A stretch of DNA of 64,000 bases, from the NCBI GenBank assembly GCA_963813535.1, contig CAWEZH010000003.1:768001-832000 (forward strand), in the 5' to 3' direction. Positions 46,016-59,995 of the stretch are shown here, in pieces. Numbering within the stretch: the stretch's first letter is position 1; each line of letters opens with the position of its first letter. This stretch comes from an uncultured Chloroflexia bacterium. GTDB lineage: Bacteria; Chloroflexota; Limnocylindria; Limnocylindrales; CSP1-4. The position numbers and the translations under genes were made by a program. The notes under the pieces were generated by a model. The model worked only from the letters and a program-made list of their open reading frames with translations, searched no databases and had not been told where the DNA came from.

Positions 46016-46966
46016 ATGTTGCCCGACGGTCGACGCCTCGGCGCGCACCTGCCGCTTGCGCCGGGGATGGTCAAGGCGATCGAGCGCGCCCACCTGATCG
46101 GGGCAAGCGCGATCCAGGTCTTCGCGGACAACCCCACGGCCTGGCGCCGGCGTCGTGAGCCATCGCCCAAGCTCGCGACGTTCCGGGAACGGTCAGCTGA
46201 GTTCGATATCCGGCCGGTGGCGATCCACGCCTCGTACCTGGTCAACCTGCCCGGTCCGGACGATGTCACCTTCGAGCGGTCGGTGACGATGCTGGCCGCC
46301 GAGCTCGACACGGCCCCGACGTTCGGGGCTCGGTTCGTGAACGTCCACATCGGATCGCATCGGGGCTCGGGCGTCGGGGTCGGCGTCGCCCGGCTCGTCG
46401 AGGGCATCGCGCAGGTGCTCGCGCGCTCGGACGCATCGTCGGCGGGGACGACGATCGTCCTCGAGAACTCGGCGGGTGGTGGTGGCGGCCTCGGCACGAA
46501 CCTCGACGAGCTCGTCACGATCGCGGACCGCCTCGATCGGCGGGGCGTCGACCGCGGACGCGTCGGGTTCTGCATCGACCTCGCCCACGCTTGGGGAGCC
46601 GGCATCGACGTCGGCGATCCAGCGGTCGTGGACGGGTTCCTCGCCGGCTTCGATCGGCACATCGGCCTCGATCGTCTGGCGCTGGTCCACCTCAACGACA
46701 CGCGGTCGGCGTTCGCGTCGCGCACGGACCGGCATGAGCACCTCGGGGCGGGTCGGATCCCGGTCGCCGGGCTGCAGCACGTGCTGCGCCACCCGCTGCT
46801 CACGCGTGCGACGTACATCCTCGAGACGCCCGGGATGGATACCGGCTACGACGCGGTGAACATGGAACGCGCACGCCAGCTGTGGGCCGGCGAGGAGCTG
46901 CCGGAGCTCCCGGACGATGCCTTCGAGCTGGCGGGAAGCGCACGTAGGCGGATGGCATCCGGATGA
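46016..46966 (+). CDS. nfo: Endonuclease IV
   Basis: LGAH, QVFADNP, HASYLVNL, VHIGS, LENSAG, CIDLAH, HLND...DRHEHLG and LETP motifs. Confidence 0.92.
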   Translation: MLPDGRRLGAHLPLAPGMVKAIERAHLIGASAIQVFADNPTAWRRRREPSPKLATFRERSAEFDIRPVAIHASYLVNLPGPDDVTFERSVTMLAAELDTAPTFGARFVNVHIGSHRGSGVGVGVARLVEGIAQVLARSDASSAGTTIVLENSAGGGGGLGTNLDELVTIADRLDRRGVDRGRVGFCIDLAHAWGAGIDVGDPAVVDGFLAGFDRHIGLDRLALVHLNDTRSAFASRTDRHEHLGAGRIPVAGLQHVLRHPLLTRATYILETPGMDTGYDAVNMERARQLWAGEELPELPDDAFELAGSARRRMASG

Positions 46967-48540
46967 CGTCCGAGCGGCTGGCGACGCTGGACCGCGTCGC
47001 GCTCCCCGCCCTACTGCTGCTGGCCGCGCTGCTCCGACTCCCCGACCTGGCGACGCGCGGCACCTGGGACGGGGATCAGGGTCACGACATGCTGGTGCTG
47101 CGGTCGCTCGTGCGGGACGGGGTGCTGCCGCTCCTCGGACCGCCGACGTCGATCGGGGATGTCCACCACGGCGCCTGGTACTACTACCTCCTGTCGCCGG
47201 CGGCGGCCCTGACGGGCGGCGATTCGCCGCTGGCGGTGGTGGCGCTGATCGCCCTTGCCGGGATCGCCGCGGTCGGCGTCGTGTGGTGGCTGGCACGCTC
47301 GATCGGCGGCCCTGTCGCAGGCGCGGTCGCGGGGCTCCTGATGGCGACGTCGGCCGCGGCCATCGATGAATCGACCTTCATCTGGAACCCGAACCTCATC
47401 GCCCTCTCGAGCGCCGTGGCGCTGGCTGCCGCCTGGCGAGCGTGGTCGGGCGGCGATCGAGGGTGGTGGCTCGTCGCTGCGCTCGGGACCGCGGTCACCA
47501 TGCAATGTCACGTCCTCGGCGTCGCGCTGCTCCCGATCGTCGGCGTCCCCTTCCTGCTCGACTGGCGTCGCCGGCCGCTCGGTGCGGTACCTGTCGGCGT
47601 CCTGGCGATCGTCGTCGCGGCCTACCTGCCGCTCGCGATCAACGAGCTGACCACGGGCTTCTCGGAGGTCCGGGCAGCCACGGACTACATCGCTTCGGGT
47701 CGATCGGAGACCGAGGCGGCGATCCCGGTCCGGTTCGGCATCATCGTGTTGCGTGTCGTCGGCTGGCCGCTCACCGGACTCATCACCGACGGGTTCGTCG
47801 CCGGGGCGGCCGCGACCGTCGGTGTCGTCGCGATCGTCGCATGGCGATGGCGCTCCACCGATGACTCGGAGCGATCCGTGGTCCGCTGGTTCGGCCTCGG
47901 ACTCCTCTGGTCGGCGGCGTTCCTGACGATCGCCGCACCGAGCCTGTCGACGGTCGTCCGTGGTCTGCCGAACGACCACTACCACGCATTCGCCGACCCG
48001 ATGGTGTTCGTGCTCGTGGGGCTTGGGGCCGCTGCATCGGTCCGGCAGCTTCGCGCGCCGCTCGGCTGGGCGTTGGCGGGCACCGCGGTGATCGCCCTCG
48101 TCGCGTGGAACGCGACGCACCTCCCGCCGGCCGTCCACCCCGATGGCGGCTTCCCGGCGGGCGATCTGGCGGCAGTACAGGTCGATCGGGCTCTGACCGA
48201 GGCCGGCATCGATCGAGGCGGTGTGGTCGAGGTGCGCTCGCTGCCCGAGTTCAAGTCGCCCGAGGCGATGGTCTACCCGCTGGCGCGGAAGGGACGGCCG
48301 TATGTGGCGACGCTTCCAGCCGGCACACCCGCGCTCGGTTCCGCCAACCCGTCGAGTGAGATCGTCGGTGTGACCGTGCTGTGCGACCAGCTTTTCCACG
48401 AGGCCATCGGCGCCGACTGCGGGGGGCCCGCCGAGGATGCAGAGGCGCGCGACCAGGGTCTGCCGGCCGGAGCGCTCCTGGACCGCTTCGAGGCGGCACC
48501 CGGCCGGTGGGTGTCGGTCTATGCCGCGGCGGGTGTCTGA
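46963..48540 (+). CDS. GT39/ArnT-like membrane glycosyltransferase
   Basis: WDGDQGHD, PLLGPPTS, YYYLL and FIWNPN motifs; multiple TM segments. Confidence 0.7.
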   Translation: MTSERLATLDRVALPALLLLAALLRLPDLATRGTWDGDQGHDMLVLRSLVRDGVLPLLGPPTSIGDVHHGAWYYYLLSPAAALTGGDSPLAVVALIALAGIAAVGVVWWLARSIGGPVAGAVAGLLMATSAAAIDESTFIWNPNLIALSSAVALAAAWRAWSGGDRGWWLVAALGTAVTMQCHVLGVALLPIVGVPFLLDWRRRPLGAVPVGVLAIVVAAYLPLAINELTTGFSEVRAATDYIASGRSETEAAIPVRFGIIVLRVVGWPLTGLITDGFVAGAAATVGVVAIVAWRWRSTDDSERSVVRWFGLGLLWSAAFLTIAAPSLSTVVRGLPNDHYHAFADPMVFVLVGLGAAASVRQLRAPLGWALAGTAVIALVAWNATHLPPAVHPDGGFPAGDLAAVQVDRALTEAGIDRGGVVEVRSLPEFKSPEAMVYPLARKGRPYVATLPAGTPALGSANPSSEIVGVTVLCDQLFHEAIGADCGGPAEDAEARDQGLPAGALLDRFEAAPGRWVSVYAAAGV

Positions 48541-48561
48541 CAGCGGATCCGCGCCGGACGT

Positions 48562-48594
48562 GCGAACGCCGGCGCCCCAGACGCCGGCGTTCGC
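48562..48594. terminator. 13-bp hairpin between convergent genes
   Basis: GCGAACGCCGGCG-ccccaga-CGCCGGCGTTCGC; no U-tract. Confidence 0.6.
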
Positions 48595-48647
48595 TGTCCC
48601 CGAGACCCGGACGGTGGAGGGCGATCCGGGTCGTGCCCTGGAATGCT

Positions 48648-49208
48648 CTAGAAGCGGCCGGGGTTCCGGCCAGAACCTCGTGTCACGGATCGGACGGTGC
48701 TGACAGCCGTCACCCCGACCTGACCGGTCGGGCCGAGGCCGCCGACGCGCGCGGACATCGGGCGACCGCCCATCGCCGAGCCCATGGGTCGATCTGATCG
48801 TTCGCTCCGCTCGTTGGAGCTCGTGCCGGTGGAGCCGCCGCCCGGGAAGGCGCGGCCGAAGCGGCGCATGCGCACCGCCAGGTAGTACTCCATGATCTGG
48901 CGGACCTGCGGCTCGGAGAGCAGGTCGTCCGCGCGGAGCGCGTACTCGACGCGAGCCGTGGGGTTCGTCGCGCCCGCGGCGACGAGGCCGAGGTATTGGG
49001 GGGTATCGGCGTCATCGCGCAACTCGCGCAGACCACGGGCGAGCTTGGTCGCCGTCCCGAGGGACGGCATCCGGTCACCCCGGATCAAGCGCGAGATCGT
49101 CGAGTGATCGACCCCGGACTGTTGGGCCAACTGCCGCTGCGACATCTTCTTGGCCTTGAGCTGCGCTTGTAGCCATTCGTTGAACGCTCGGCCGTTCTGA
49201 GTGGTCAT
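48648..49208 (-). CDS. XRE-family HTH regulator with a low-complexity C-terminal tail
   Basis: MSQRQLAQQSGVDHSTISRLIRGDRMPS HTH; GGAG SD. Confidence 0.85.
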   Translation of the reverse strand: MTTQNGRAFNEWLQAQLKAKKMSQRQLAQQSGVDHSTISRLIRGDRMPSLGTATKLARGLRELRDDADTPQYLGLVAAGATNPTARVEYALRADDLLSEPQVRQIMEYYLAVRMRRFGRAFPGGGSTGTSSNERSERSDRPMGSAMGGRPMSARVGGLGPTGQVGVTAVSTVRSVTRGSGRNPGRF

Positions 49209-49530
49209 GCTGCCTGGGCGCTCCTACGGGCGTGCCGCGTGCGGTCGAACCCCGCCTGTCCGGTGCCTCGATGCCTCGATGATGCTGAGGGCGCCCTCGT
49301 GCCTGTATCACCCGTTCGTACGGGTGGAACGTGCACGCACGCAACGCAGGAGCGGACGGGAGTGGTGGGGTCGACCCCGGTCGGATGGGGTCGTACGGCG
49401 ACCATCGGGTAGGACCAAAGTACCCCGCCGATCGAACGGCCAGTTCGAAGGCCTCGAGAAGGGGTATTTCGACGGCCTTTCGGGCGCTCGTTGCGGGTCA
49501 TGAGGTACCCGGGCCGGAACGCGGCACCGG

Positions 49531-50745
49531 TCACGCCGGCGTGGATGCTCGGGATGCGGCTTCGGCCTGGTCGATCCGACCGAGACCGCGCGGCTTTGAG
49601 GACAACAGGTACGCGATCGACCCGAACACGATGACCGAGAACACGCTGATGACCCGATCGAGCAGCGCGATCGCGGTCGCTTCGGGCAGCGGCACCCCGT
49701 ACCCGACGTGCAGCACGCCAACGACACCCGCCTCGACGATGCCGAGACCGGCAGGGCTCAACGGGACCGCCGTGAGCAGGGAGCCGATGAGCGCCACGAA
49801 CACGGCACCCGACAATCCGAGCGAGACGTCCTCGAAGCCGAGGGCCTGGATGACGAAGAACAGCCGGAGGCCCTCGGTCATCCAGATCAGCACGGTCAGC
49901 AGACCGAGCTTGGGCAGATGTCGCGTGACGAGGGCCCCGAACACGCCTTCCTCGAACCGGTCGTACAGCTCGAGGATCTGGTGGGGCAGCGGTAGCGCGA
50001 CGATGATCTGACGCCCGAAGTTGCGCATCGTCAGCAGCGCGAAGGCGAGGACGGCGACGACGACCACGCCGATGCCGAACACGATCTGGATGGCCGGCGG
50101 GAGGCCGCTCCGGAAGCTCCAATAGCCGGCGGCCAGCCCGAGGGTGGCGATCGCGAACAGGTCCAGGATCCGCTCGATGAAGACCGTGCCGAGCGTCCGC
50201 GACATCGACGCGGTGCTGTTGATCTTCAGCAGGTACGCCCGGTAGACGTCGCCGAGCTTCGCCGGCACGACGCAATTCACCAGCCAGGACAGGAAGATGA
50301 TCTCGGTCGAGTCCTTGGTCGAGATCCGTACCCCGGTGCCGCGGAGGAGCGTCGCCCAGCGAAGACCCCGAAGCGGGAACCCGGCATAGAACACGAGCAC
50401 CGCCGCGAGCACCAGCCAGCCGTTCGCGGCGAGGATCAGGCTCGGGACCTTGGAAAGCTGCCCGCCATTGAGCATGACGAACGCCGTGATCACGACGACC
50501 GGGACGGCGATCGACAGGATCGTCCGGGGCTGGCGCAGCCGGCGTCCGATCGACATCCCCTGCGCGGCGAGCTCGGCCTCGGTGGACGGGGAAGCCGTGT
50601 CGGGGCCGGGTCGCGTCGCCGCGACGACACCGCCGGCGACGGCGGTCCTGGGATCGATCGCGGGGGTGGCCTCCATCGGGGCCGACAGTACGGTTTCGTC
50701 GGTCCCACCAGCCATCGGTCGATGGTCCTGCCGCGGGTCGGTCAT
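49531..50745 (-). CDS. Lysylphosphatidylglycerol-synthase TM (UPF0104/AglD-like flippase) protein
   Basis: RGLRW, NCVVPAKLGDVYRAY, ERILD, PAGLGIVE and DRVIS motifs. Confidence 0.85.
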   Translation of the reverse strand: MTDPRQDHRPMAGGTDETVLSAPMEATPAIDPRTAVAGGVVAATRPGPDTASPSTEAELAAQGMSIGRRLRQPRTILSIAVPVVVITAFVMLNGGQLSKVPSLILAANGWLVLAAVLVFYAGFPLRGLRWATLLRGTGVRISTKDSTEIIFLSWLVNCVVPAKLGDVYRAYLLKINSTASMSRTLGTVFIERILDLFAIATLGLAAGYWSFRSGLPPAIQIVFGIGVVVVAVLAFALLTMRNFGRQIIVALPLPHQILELYDRFEEGVFGALVTRHLPKLGLLTVLIWMTEGLRLFFVIQALGFEDVSLGLSGAVFVALIGSLLTAVPLSPAGLGIVEAGVVGVLHVGYGVPLPEATAIALLDRVISVFSVIVFGSIAYLLSSKPRGLGRIDQAEAASRASTPA

Positions 50746-51452
50746 GCTCCGACGGGGGGCCGGCTCCGACCGTTGCCCCGAGCTCGTTGGACCCCCTTGG
50801 CGAGCGGCGTCCAGAGCCGGACCGCATAGCTCGCGCGGCCCGTGACCAAGGCGGCGGTCGGGAGCGCGGCGAGCAGTCCGGCCGGTGTCGACGGGTCGCC
50901 GTCGAGGACCGTATACGCCACCCCGACCTCGATGATCGTGTGCGCATCCGACACGGCGACACCGGGCTGGCCATGCTCGTGCGCCGCCGCGGCAGCCTGC
51001 TCGTTGCCGCTGCCCAGGAGCCGCGCGTTGTGAACCTCGATCCAGTCGACGAGCGGGATCAGCGACAGCAACGCGGCATCGCGCAGCAGTGAGCCTCGCA
51101 ACCTGTCGAACGGATGCGGCATGCCGACCAGACCGCCCTGGGCCCGGACCGACGAGATGGCGTCGGCGGCGGACAGGTCGGAGTCGATCGGTCGCTCGAT
51201 GAACGCGGCGATCAGGTCGCCTGCACGAGTCCGGACCTCCTGACCGACGATCACGCTCAGTCCGTCGGGCGCCGCATCGCGTGCGCGCAGGGCGCCGTCG
51301 ATCCGATCGTGGTCGGTGATCGCCAGGTGGGTCAGCCCACGATCCGACGCGGCACGGACGACCTTGGCCGGATCCGACAGGCTGTCGAACGATGCCGACG
51401 TATGGCAGTGGAGGTCGACGAAGGACTTGGTGGTGGCACCCTGAGCGTTCAT
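50742..51452 (-). CDS. PHP-domain metallophosphoesterase
   Basis: DLHCHT, AITDHD, PHPFD, EVHNAR and SDAH motifs. Confidence 0.9.
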   Translation of the reverse strand: MNAQGATTKSFVDLHCHTSASFDSLSDPAKVVRAASDRGLTHLAITDHDRIDGALRARDAAPDGLSVIVGQEVRTRAGDLIAAFIERPIDSDLSAADAISSVRAQGGLVGMPHPFDRLRGSLLRDAALLSLIPLVDWIEVHNARLLGSGNEQAAAAAHEHGQPGVAVSDAHTIIEVGVAYTVLDGDPSTPAGLLAALPTAALVTGRASYAVRLWTPLAKGVQRARGNGRSRPPVGA

Positions 51453-51510
51453 GCTGCTGTTCGCCCTCCGAGGTCCGAGGCGGAGCTCCGCGACGCCATC
51501 GGCCCGAGGA

Positions 51511-52509
51511 TTAGATCTGCTGCACCAGGGACTTCTTGAAGAAGTCGAAATGCTCGAGGGCGAGGCCCGTTCCGAGCGCGACGCAGTCGAGGGAGTTCTC
51601 GGCCACGTGGCACGGCACCCCGGTCACCTGGGTGAGCAGCTTGTCGATGTTGCGCAGCAGCGCCCCGCCGCCGGACATGACCATGCCCTTGTCGATGATG
51701 TCCGACGACAGCTCGGGCGGCGTCTGCTCGAGGACGGAGCGAACCGCTGCGACAAGCTGCTGGAGGGGCTGCTCGATCGCCTCCATCACCTCCGAGGACG
51801 TGATGGGGATCGTGCGGGGCAGGCCGGCGATCAGGTCGCGACCGCGGACCTCCATCGTCAGCTCACGCTCGAGCGGGAGCGCGGTGCCGATCTGCATCTT
51901 GACCTCTTCGGCCGTCCGCTCGCCGATCATGAGGTTGTACTTCTTCCGGATGTAGGTCGCGATCGCCTCGTCGAACTTGTTGCCACCGACCCGCAGCGAG
52001 TGCGACACGACGATGCCGCCGAGGGCGATGACGGCGATCTCGCTGGTCCCACCGCCGATGTCGATGATCATGTTCCCCGACGGACCGCTGATCGGGACGT
52101 TCGCCCCGATGGCCGCCGCGAGGGGTTCCTCGATGAGGTAGGCGTCCTTGGCGCCGGCCTTGAGCGCCGCGTCACGGACCGCACGCTTCTCGACCGACGT
52201 GACGCCGGCGGGCACGCTGATCATGACCTCGGGCCGGTTGAACCCGATCCGCCCGCGGGTCGCCTTGGCGATGAAGAACCGGAGCATCGCCTCGGTGATG
52301 ACGTAGTCGGCGATGACGCCATCCTTCATCGGGCGGATGGCCTGGATGTTGCCCGGCGTGCGGCCGATCATCTCGCGCGCCTCTTCGCCCACCGCGACGA
52401 TCCGGTTGTCGTCGGACACGGCCACGACCGAGGGCTCGGTGATGACGATGCCTTTGCCCTTGACGTACACGAGCACGTTGGCCGTGCCGAGGTCGATTCC
52501 GATCTTCAT
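51511..52509 (-). CDS. mreB: Rod-shape determining protein MreB/Mbl
   Basis: [25 protein letters not shown] and GGGALL motifs. Confidence 0.95.
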   Translation of the reverse strand: MKIGIDLGTANVLVYVKGKGIVITEPSVVAVSDDNRIVAVGEEAREMIGRTPGNIQAIRPMKDGVIADYVITEAMLRFFIAKATRGRIGFNRPEVMISVPAGVTSVEKRAVRDAALKAGAKDAYLIEEPLAAAIGANVPISGPSGNMIIDIGGGTSEIAVIALGGIVVSHSLRVGGNKFDEAIATYIRKKYNLMIGERTAEEVKMQIGTALPLERELTMEVRGRDLIAGLPRTIPITSSEVMEAIEQPLQQLVAAVRSVLEQTPPELSSDIIDKGMVMSGGGALLRNIDKLLTQVTGVPCHVAENSLDCVALGTGLALEHFDFFKKSLVQQI

Positions 52510-53852
52510 GAGGAGGTGGTGCCGTTCCCTTCCGCGAGGCGCTCGATCCTGGCCCCGAGTTCCAGGAACTTCCCTTCGATGTTCTCATAGCCCCGGTGAA
52601 CGTGGTGAGCACCGTGGATCGTCGTCTCCCCATCGGCCGCCAGCGCAGCAAGGATCAGCGACGCGCCCGCGCGCAAGTCGCCGATCTCCACCTCCGCGCC
52701 GTGGAGCGGTGCGCGACCCGTGATGACCGCGTGATGGGGATCCACGAGGTCCACCTGGGCACCCATCCGTCGAAGCTCCGACAACCAGTCGAGCCGGTCC
52801 TCGAAGATGGTCTCGTGGACGTGCGACGTGCCCCGCGCCTGCGACAGGAGGACCGAGGTCGGCGGTTGCAGGTCGGTCGCAAGTCCCGGGTAGGCACCGG
52901 TCTCGATGTCGACCGCCTGGAAACCGGGGTCGCCCAGGGCCGACCCATCGACGTCGATCGTGTCGGTCCCGCAGGTGACATCGACGCCGGCCTTCGTGAC
53001 GGCGTCGATGAAGGTGCCGAGGTGATCGCACGGCGCACCCGTCAGCGTGATCCGGCCGCCCGTCACGGCCCCGGCGATCACGAACGTCCCAGCTTCGATC
53101 CGGTCGGGGATCACCCGGTGGCTCGCGCCGCGCAGACGCCGCTTGCCGTGGACTTCGATGGTGTCGGGGTCCGTTCGGGCGATCTCGGCGCCCATCTTCT
53201 GGAGGAAGGCGATCAGGTCGTCGACCTCCGGCTCCTGTGCGGCCGGGCGGATCGTGGTGTGGCCGTCGGCGAGCGTCGCCGCGAGCATCGCATTCTCGGT
53301 CCCCATCACCGACACGAACGGGAAGCGGACCTCCGCGCCGCGTAGCCGACCCGGCGCCGTGGCGAAGTAGTAGCCGTTGCGGTAGTCGATCTCGGCGCCG
53401 AGGGCGCGCATCGCGTCGACATGCAGGTTCACCGGCCTGCGCCCGATGCGGTCGCCGCCCGGGTTGCTGATGATCACCCGGCCGAACCGCGCCAGGAGCG
53501 GGCCGAGGAGCATGAACGAGGCCCGCATCTTGGCCGCAGCTTCGAGCGGCACGAACTGCCATTCGACGTCGCCCGCCGCGACCTCGTAGGTGTTCTCCTC
53601 GGGATGATCGACCACGACCCCGAGCTCGATGAGCGTCTGGGCCATGACCCGGACATCCTCGATCTCGGGAACGTTGGTGATGCGGCAGCGTTCGCCCGTC
53701 AGCGTCGCCGCGGCGAGCATCTTCAGCGCGGCGTTCTTGGCGCCGCTGATCGCGACCGAGCCGGACAGCGGCCGCCCGCCCTCGATACGGAAGACCTCCC
53801 GCGTCACAGGCTCAGGAACGTACTCCCAGTGGAACGGCCGCGCGTCAGCCAC
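52506..53852 (-). CDS. murA: UDP-N-acetylglucosamine 1-carboxyvinyltransferase
   Basis: [36 protein letters not shown] and RGYE motifs. Start 53852 or 53807. Confidence 0.95.
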   Translation of the reverse strand: MADARPFHWEYVPEPVTREVFRIEGGRPLSGSVAISGAKNAALKMLAAATLTGERCRITNVPEIEDVRVMAQTLIELGVVVDHPEENTYEVAAGDVEWQFVPLEAAAKMRASFMLLGPLLARFGRVIISNPGGDRIGRRPVNLHVDAMRALGAEIDYRNGYYFATAPGRLRGAEVRFPFVSVMGTENAMLAATLADGHTTIRPAAQEPEVDDLIAFLQKMGAEIARTDPDTIEVHGKRRLRGASHRVIPDRIEAGTFVIAGAVTGGRITLTGAPCDHLGTFIDAVTKAGVDVTCGTDTIDVDGSALGDPGFQAVDIETGAYPGLATDLQPPTSVLLSQARGTSHVHETIFEDRLDWLSELRRMGAQVDLVDPHHAVITGRAPLHGAEVEIGDLRAGASLILAALAADGETTIHGAHHVHRGYENIEGKFLELGARIERLAEGNGTTSS

Positions 53853-53867
53853 GGGTCCGCCCCATGG

Positions 53868-53942
53868 GATCGCCGCGAGGTCGCGCCCACTGCCCGATCG
53901 CCGAAAGGTCGCGCCGTACTGCCTTGATCGCCGCAAGGTCGG
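53868..53942. repeat. Three tandem 28-30 bp repeats (core GATCGCCGNRAGGTCG) upstream of murA
   Basis: Units start at 53868, 53896 and 53926. Confidence 0.85.
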
Positions 53943-54064
53943 CTCATGGCAAGGCGCGGCCGAGCATCGCCCGCGAGCGCACTCTGATGTGCGTGAGCGG
54001 GCGAGCGCAGGCCGCAACGCGGCCAGGAGTCGGCCTGGCGGCGATCCGACCTGATCGCCACGAC

Positions 54065-54492
54065 CTATCCTCGATGACGGGGGCCTTCACGGTGACGACG
54101 TTCCGCAACGCGGATGCGAAGGAGCGCCTGCTGGAGGGCGGCCCGGGCAGCCGCCAGGTCGACACCCTCGTGGTAGCCCGATTCCAGCGCTCGCTCGGCC
54201 TCGCGGCGTGCCTCCTGGGCCTTCTCGAGGTCGATCTCGCTGGCCATGTCGGCCGTCTCGGCGAGGACGACGACCTTGTCCGGTCGGACCTGCAGGAACC
54301 CGCCGACGACGGCGAACGACTCCTCGACGCCATCCTTCCGGAACCGCAGCTCACCGACACCGAGCGTCGAGACGAGCGGCGCGTGATGCGGCAGGACCCC
54401 GAGCTCCCCCTCGGCGCCGGGCACCTGGACCGAGTCGACGGTGTCCGAGTAGACGCGTCGCTCGGGGGTGACGATCTCGAGGTGGAGAGGCA

Positions 54493-54493
<1 letters not shown>
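54065..54493 (-). CDS. atpC: ATP synthase F1 epsilon
   Basis: LEIVTPER, GELGVLPHHAP and GGFLQV motifs. Confidence 0.96.
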
Positions 54494-56786
<2,293 letters not shown>

Positions 56787-56830
56787 CGGAGGTCAGCAGC
56801 CGCCCTGTTCGGCCCGGCCGCACGCAGTCG

Positions 56831-58552
<1,722 letters not shown>

Positions 58553-58564
58553 GGTGCGGGTCTC

Positions 58565-59110
58565 CTAGAAGGCGCCCGAGGCGAGCTGATTCCGTAGCCG
58601 CTCGAGGCGACCCCGGACGCTCCCATCGATCATGCGGTCGCCTACCCTCACGACGAGGCCGCCCAGCAGGCTGGGGTCGACATCGACGTCGAGGGCGATG
58701 CGGCCGCCGGTGGACTCTTCGAGCCGCGCGGTCAACTCCCGGACCTCGTCCGGGGTGAGCTCCATCGCGGACGTCGCGGTGGCGTGGGTGATGCCCTGGC
58801 GCTGGTCGTCGAGCCGACGGAACTCGGCTGCGACGCGGGGCAGCTCCTCGATCCGGCCCCGCCGGAGGAGCAGCCGGATGAGGTTGAGGACCGGTTCGGC
58901 GACGCGCGTGCCGAGCATGTCGGCGAGCGCCGCAGCACGACGCTCCACCGGGATCGCCGGGTTGGCGAGCACCGTGAGCGCGCGCTGGTCACCGGCGACC
59001 GTGGCGGCGAGTTCGAGCTCGCTCCGCCACTGCTCGAGCGTGTCGTCACGCATGCCGACCTGGAAGGCCGCTTCGGCGTAGCGTCGCGCAGCAGAGTCCC
59101 GGCGGGCCAT
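58565..59110 (-). CDS. atpH: ATP synthase F1 delta
   Basis: ARRYAEA and VDPSLLGGLVVRVGDRMIDGS motifs. Confidence 0.96.
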   Translation of the reverse strand: MARRDSAARRYAEAAFQVGMRDDTLEQWRSELELAATVAGDQRALTVLANPAIPVERRAAALADMLGTRVAEPVLNLIRLLLRRGRIEELPRVAAEFRRLDDQRQGITHATATSAMELTPDEVRELTARLEESTGGRIALDVDVDPSLLGGLVVRVGDRMIDGSVRGRLERLRNQLASGAF

Positions 59111-59682
59111 CAGTTCTTCGAGTCGAGGTCGACCGTGGACGACAGGAACTCTTGGACGAGCTTCCGCTGACGCTCGCCGGTCATCGACTCACCGACGACG
59201 CGACTCGCGGCCGCCAGCGCGAGGTCGGCGACCTCACCCCGGAGCTCTGCGATCGCCCGCTGCTTCTCGGCCTCGATGTCGCTCATCGCGCGCTCACGCA
59301 TCCGCTCGAGCTCTTCGCGCGTGGCGGCGATGTCCGCCTCGCGGGTCTCCTGCGACACGCGCTGGGCGCGAGCCAGGATCTCGCTGGACTCCCTGCGGGC
59401 TTCGGCGAGCGTTTCGATGCGCTCCGCCTCGGCGTTCTCGCGATCACGACGAGCCTGTTCAGCGTCCTTGAGCCCCTGCTCGATCCGATCGCGCCGATCA
59501 TCGAGCATCTTCGAGACGGGCTTGAACGCGAACGTCCAGATGAGAACGAAGAAGACGACGAAGTTCAGCGCTCCGACGATCACCCAGAACAGGTTGACCT
59601 GGAACGGCGCGGCAGCACCCTCCTCCGCGGTCAGCTGGGCGACCGCGCGACCGATCTCGGACGCGACGGCGAGGACATCCAC
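59110..59682 (-). CDS. atpF: ATP synthase Fo subunit b
   Basis: Single TM followed by KPVSKMLDDRR and a coiled coil. Confidence 0.94.
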   Translation of the reverse strand: MDVLAVASEIGRAVAQLTAEEGAAAPFQVNLFWVIVGALNFVVFFVLIWTFAFKPVSKMLDDRRDRIEQGLKDAEQARRDRENAEAERIETLAEARRESSEILARAQRVSQETREADIAATREELERMRERAMSDIEAEKQRAIAELRGEVADLALAAASRVVGESMTGERQRKLVQEFLSSTVDLDSKN

Positions 59683-59706
59683 GATGGTCTCTCCCTGCCG
59701 GAAGGG

Positions 59707-59925
59707 CTAGGCGGGCTGGATGAAGATCGCCAGCAGGCCGACCACGATGGCGAGCACGCCAAGGCCTTCGGCGAACGCCGCGAGGATGATCGCGATGCCG
59801 CGGATCTGGCCGGCGGCGTCCGGGTTGCGACCGATCGCCTGGGCGGAGAGACCGCCGATGATGCCGACCCCGATGCCGGGGCCGATCACCCCGAGGGCGG
59901 CGAGTCCGGCGCCGAAGTACTCCAT
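59707..59925 (-). CDS. atpE: ATP synthase Fo subunit c (probably H+-type)
   Basis: GxGxGxG, GRNP loop and AFAEG; lacks the Q...ES/T Na+ signature. Confidence 0.96.
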   Translation of the reverse strand: MEYFGAGLAALGVIGPGIGVGIIGGLSAQAIGRNPDAAGQIRGIAIILAAFAEGLGVLAIVVGLLAIFIQPA

Positions 59926-59995
59926 ATCGTGACTTCCTCCTACTGCCCGGCCCTATCGACCGGGAACGTTGTTGGGACCGTTGGTGGTAGGCCCA

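Noticed and set aside
49484-49497. 14-mer matching a conserved 16S rRNA segment (CCCGCAACGAGCGC, minus strand)
   Set aside because: The flanks do not continue the rRNA sequence; probably chance in GC-rich DNA.
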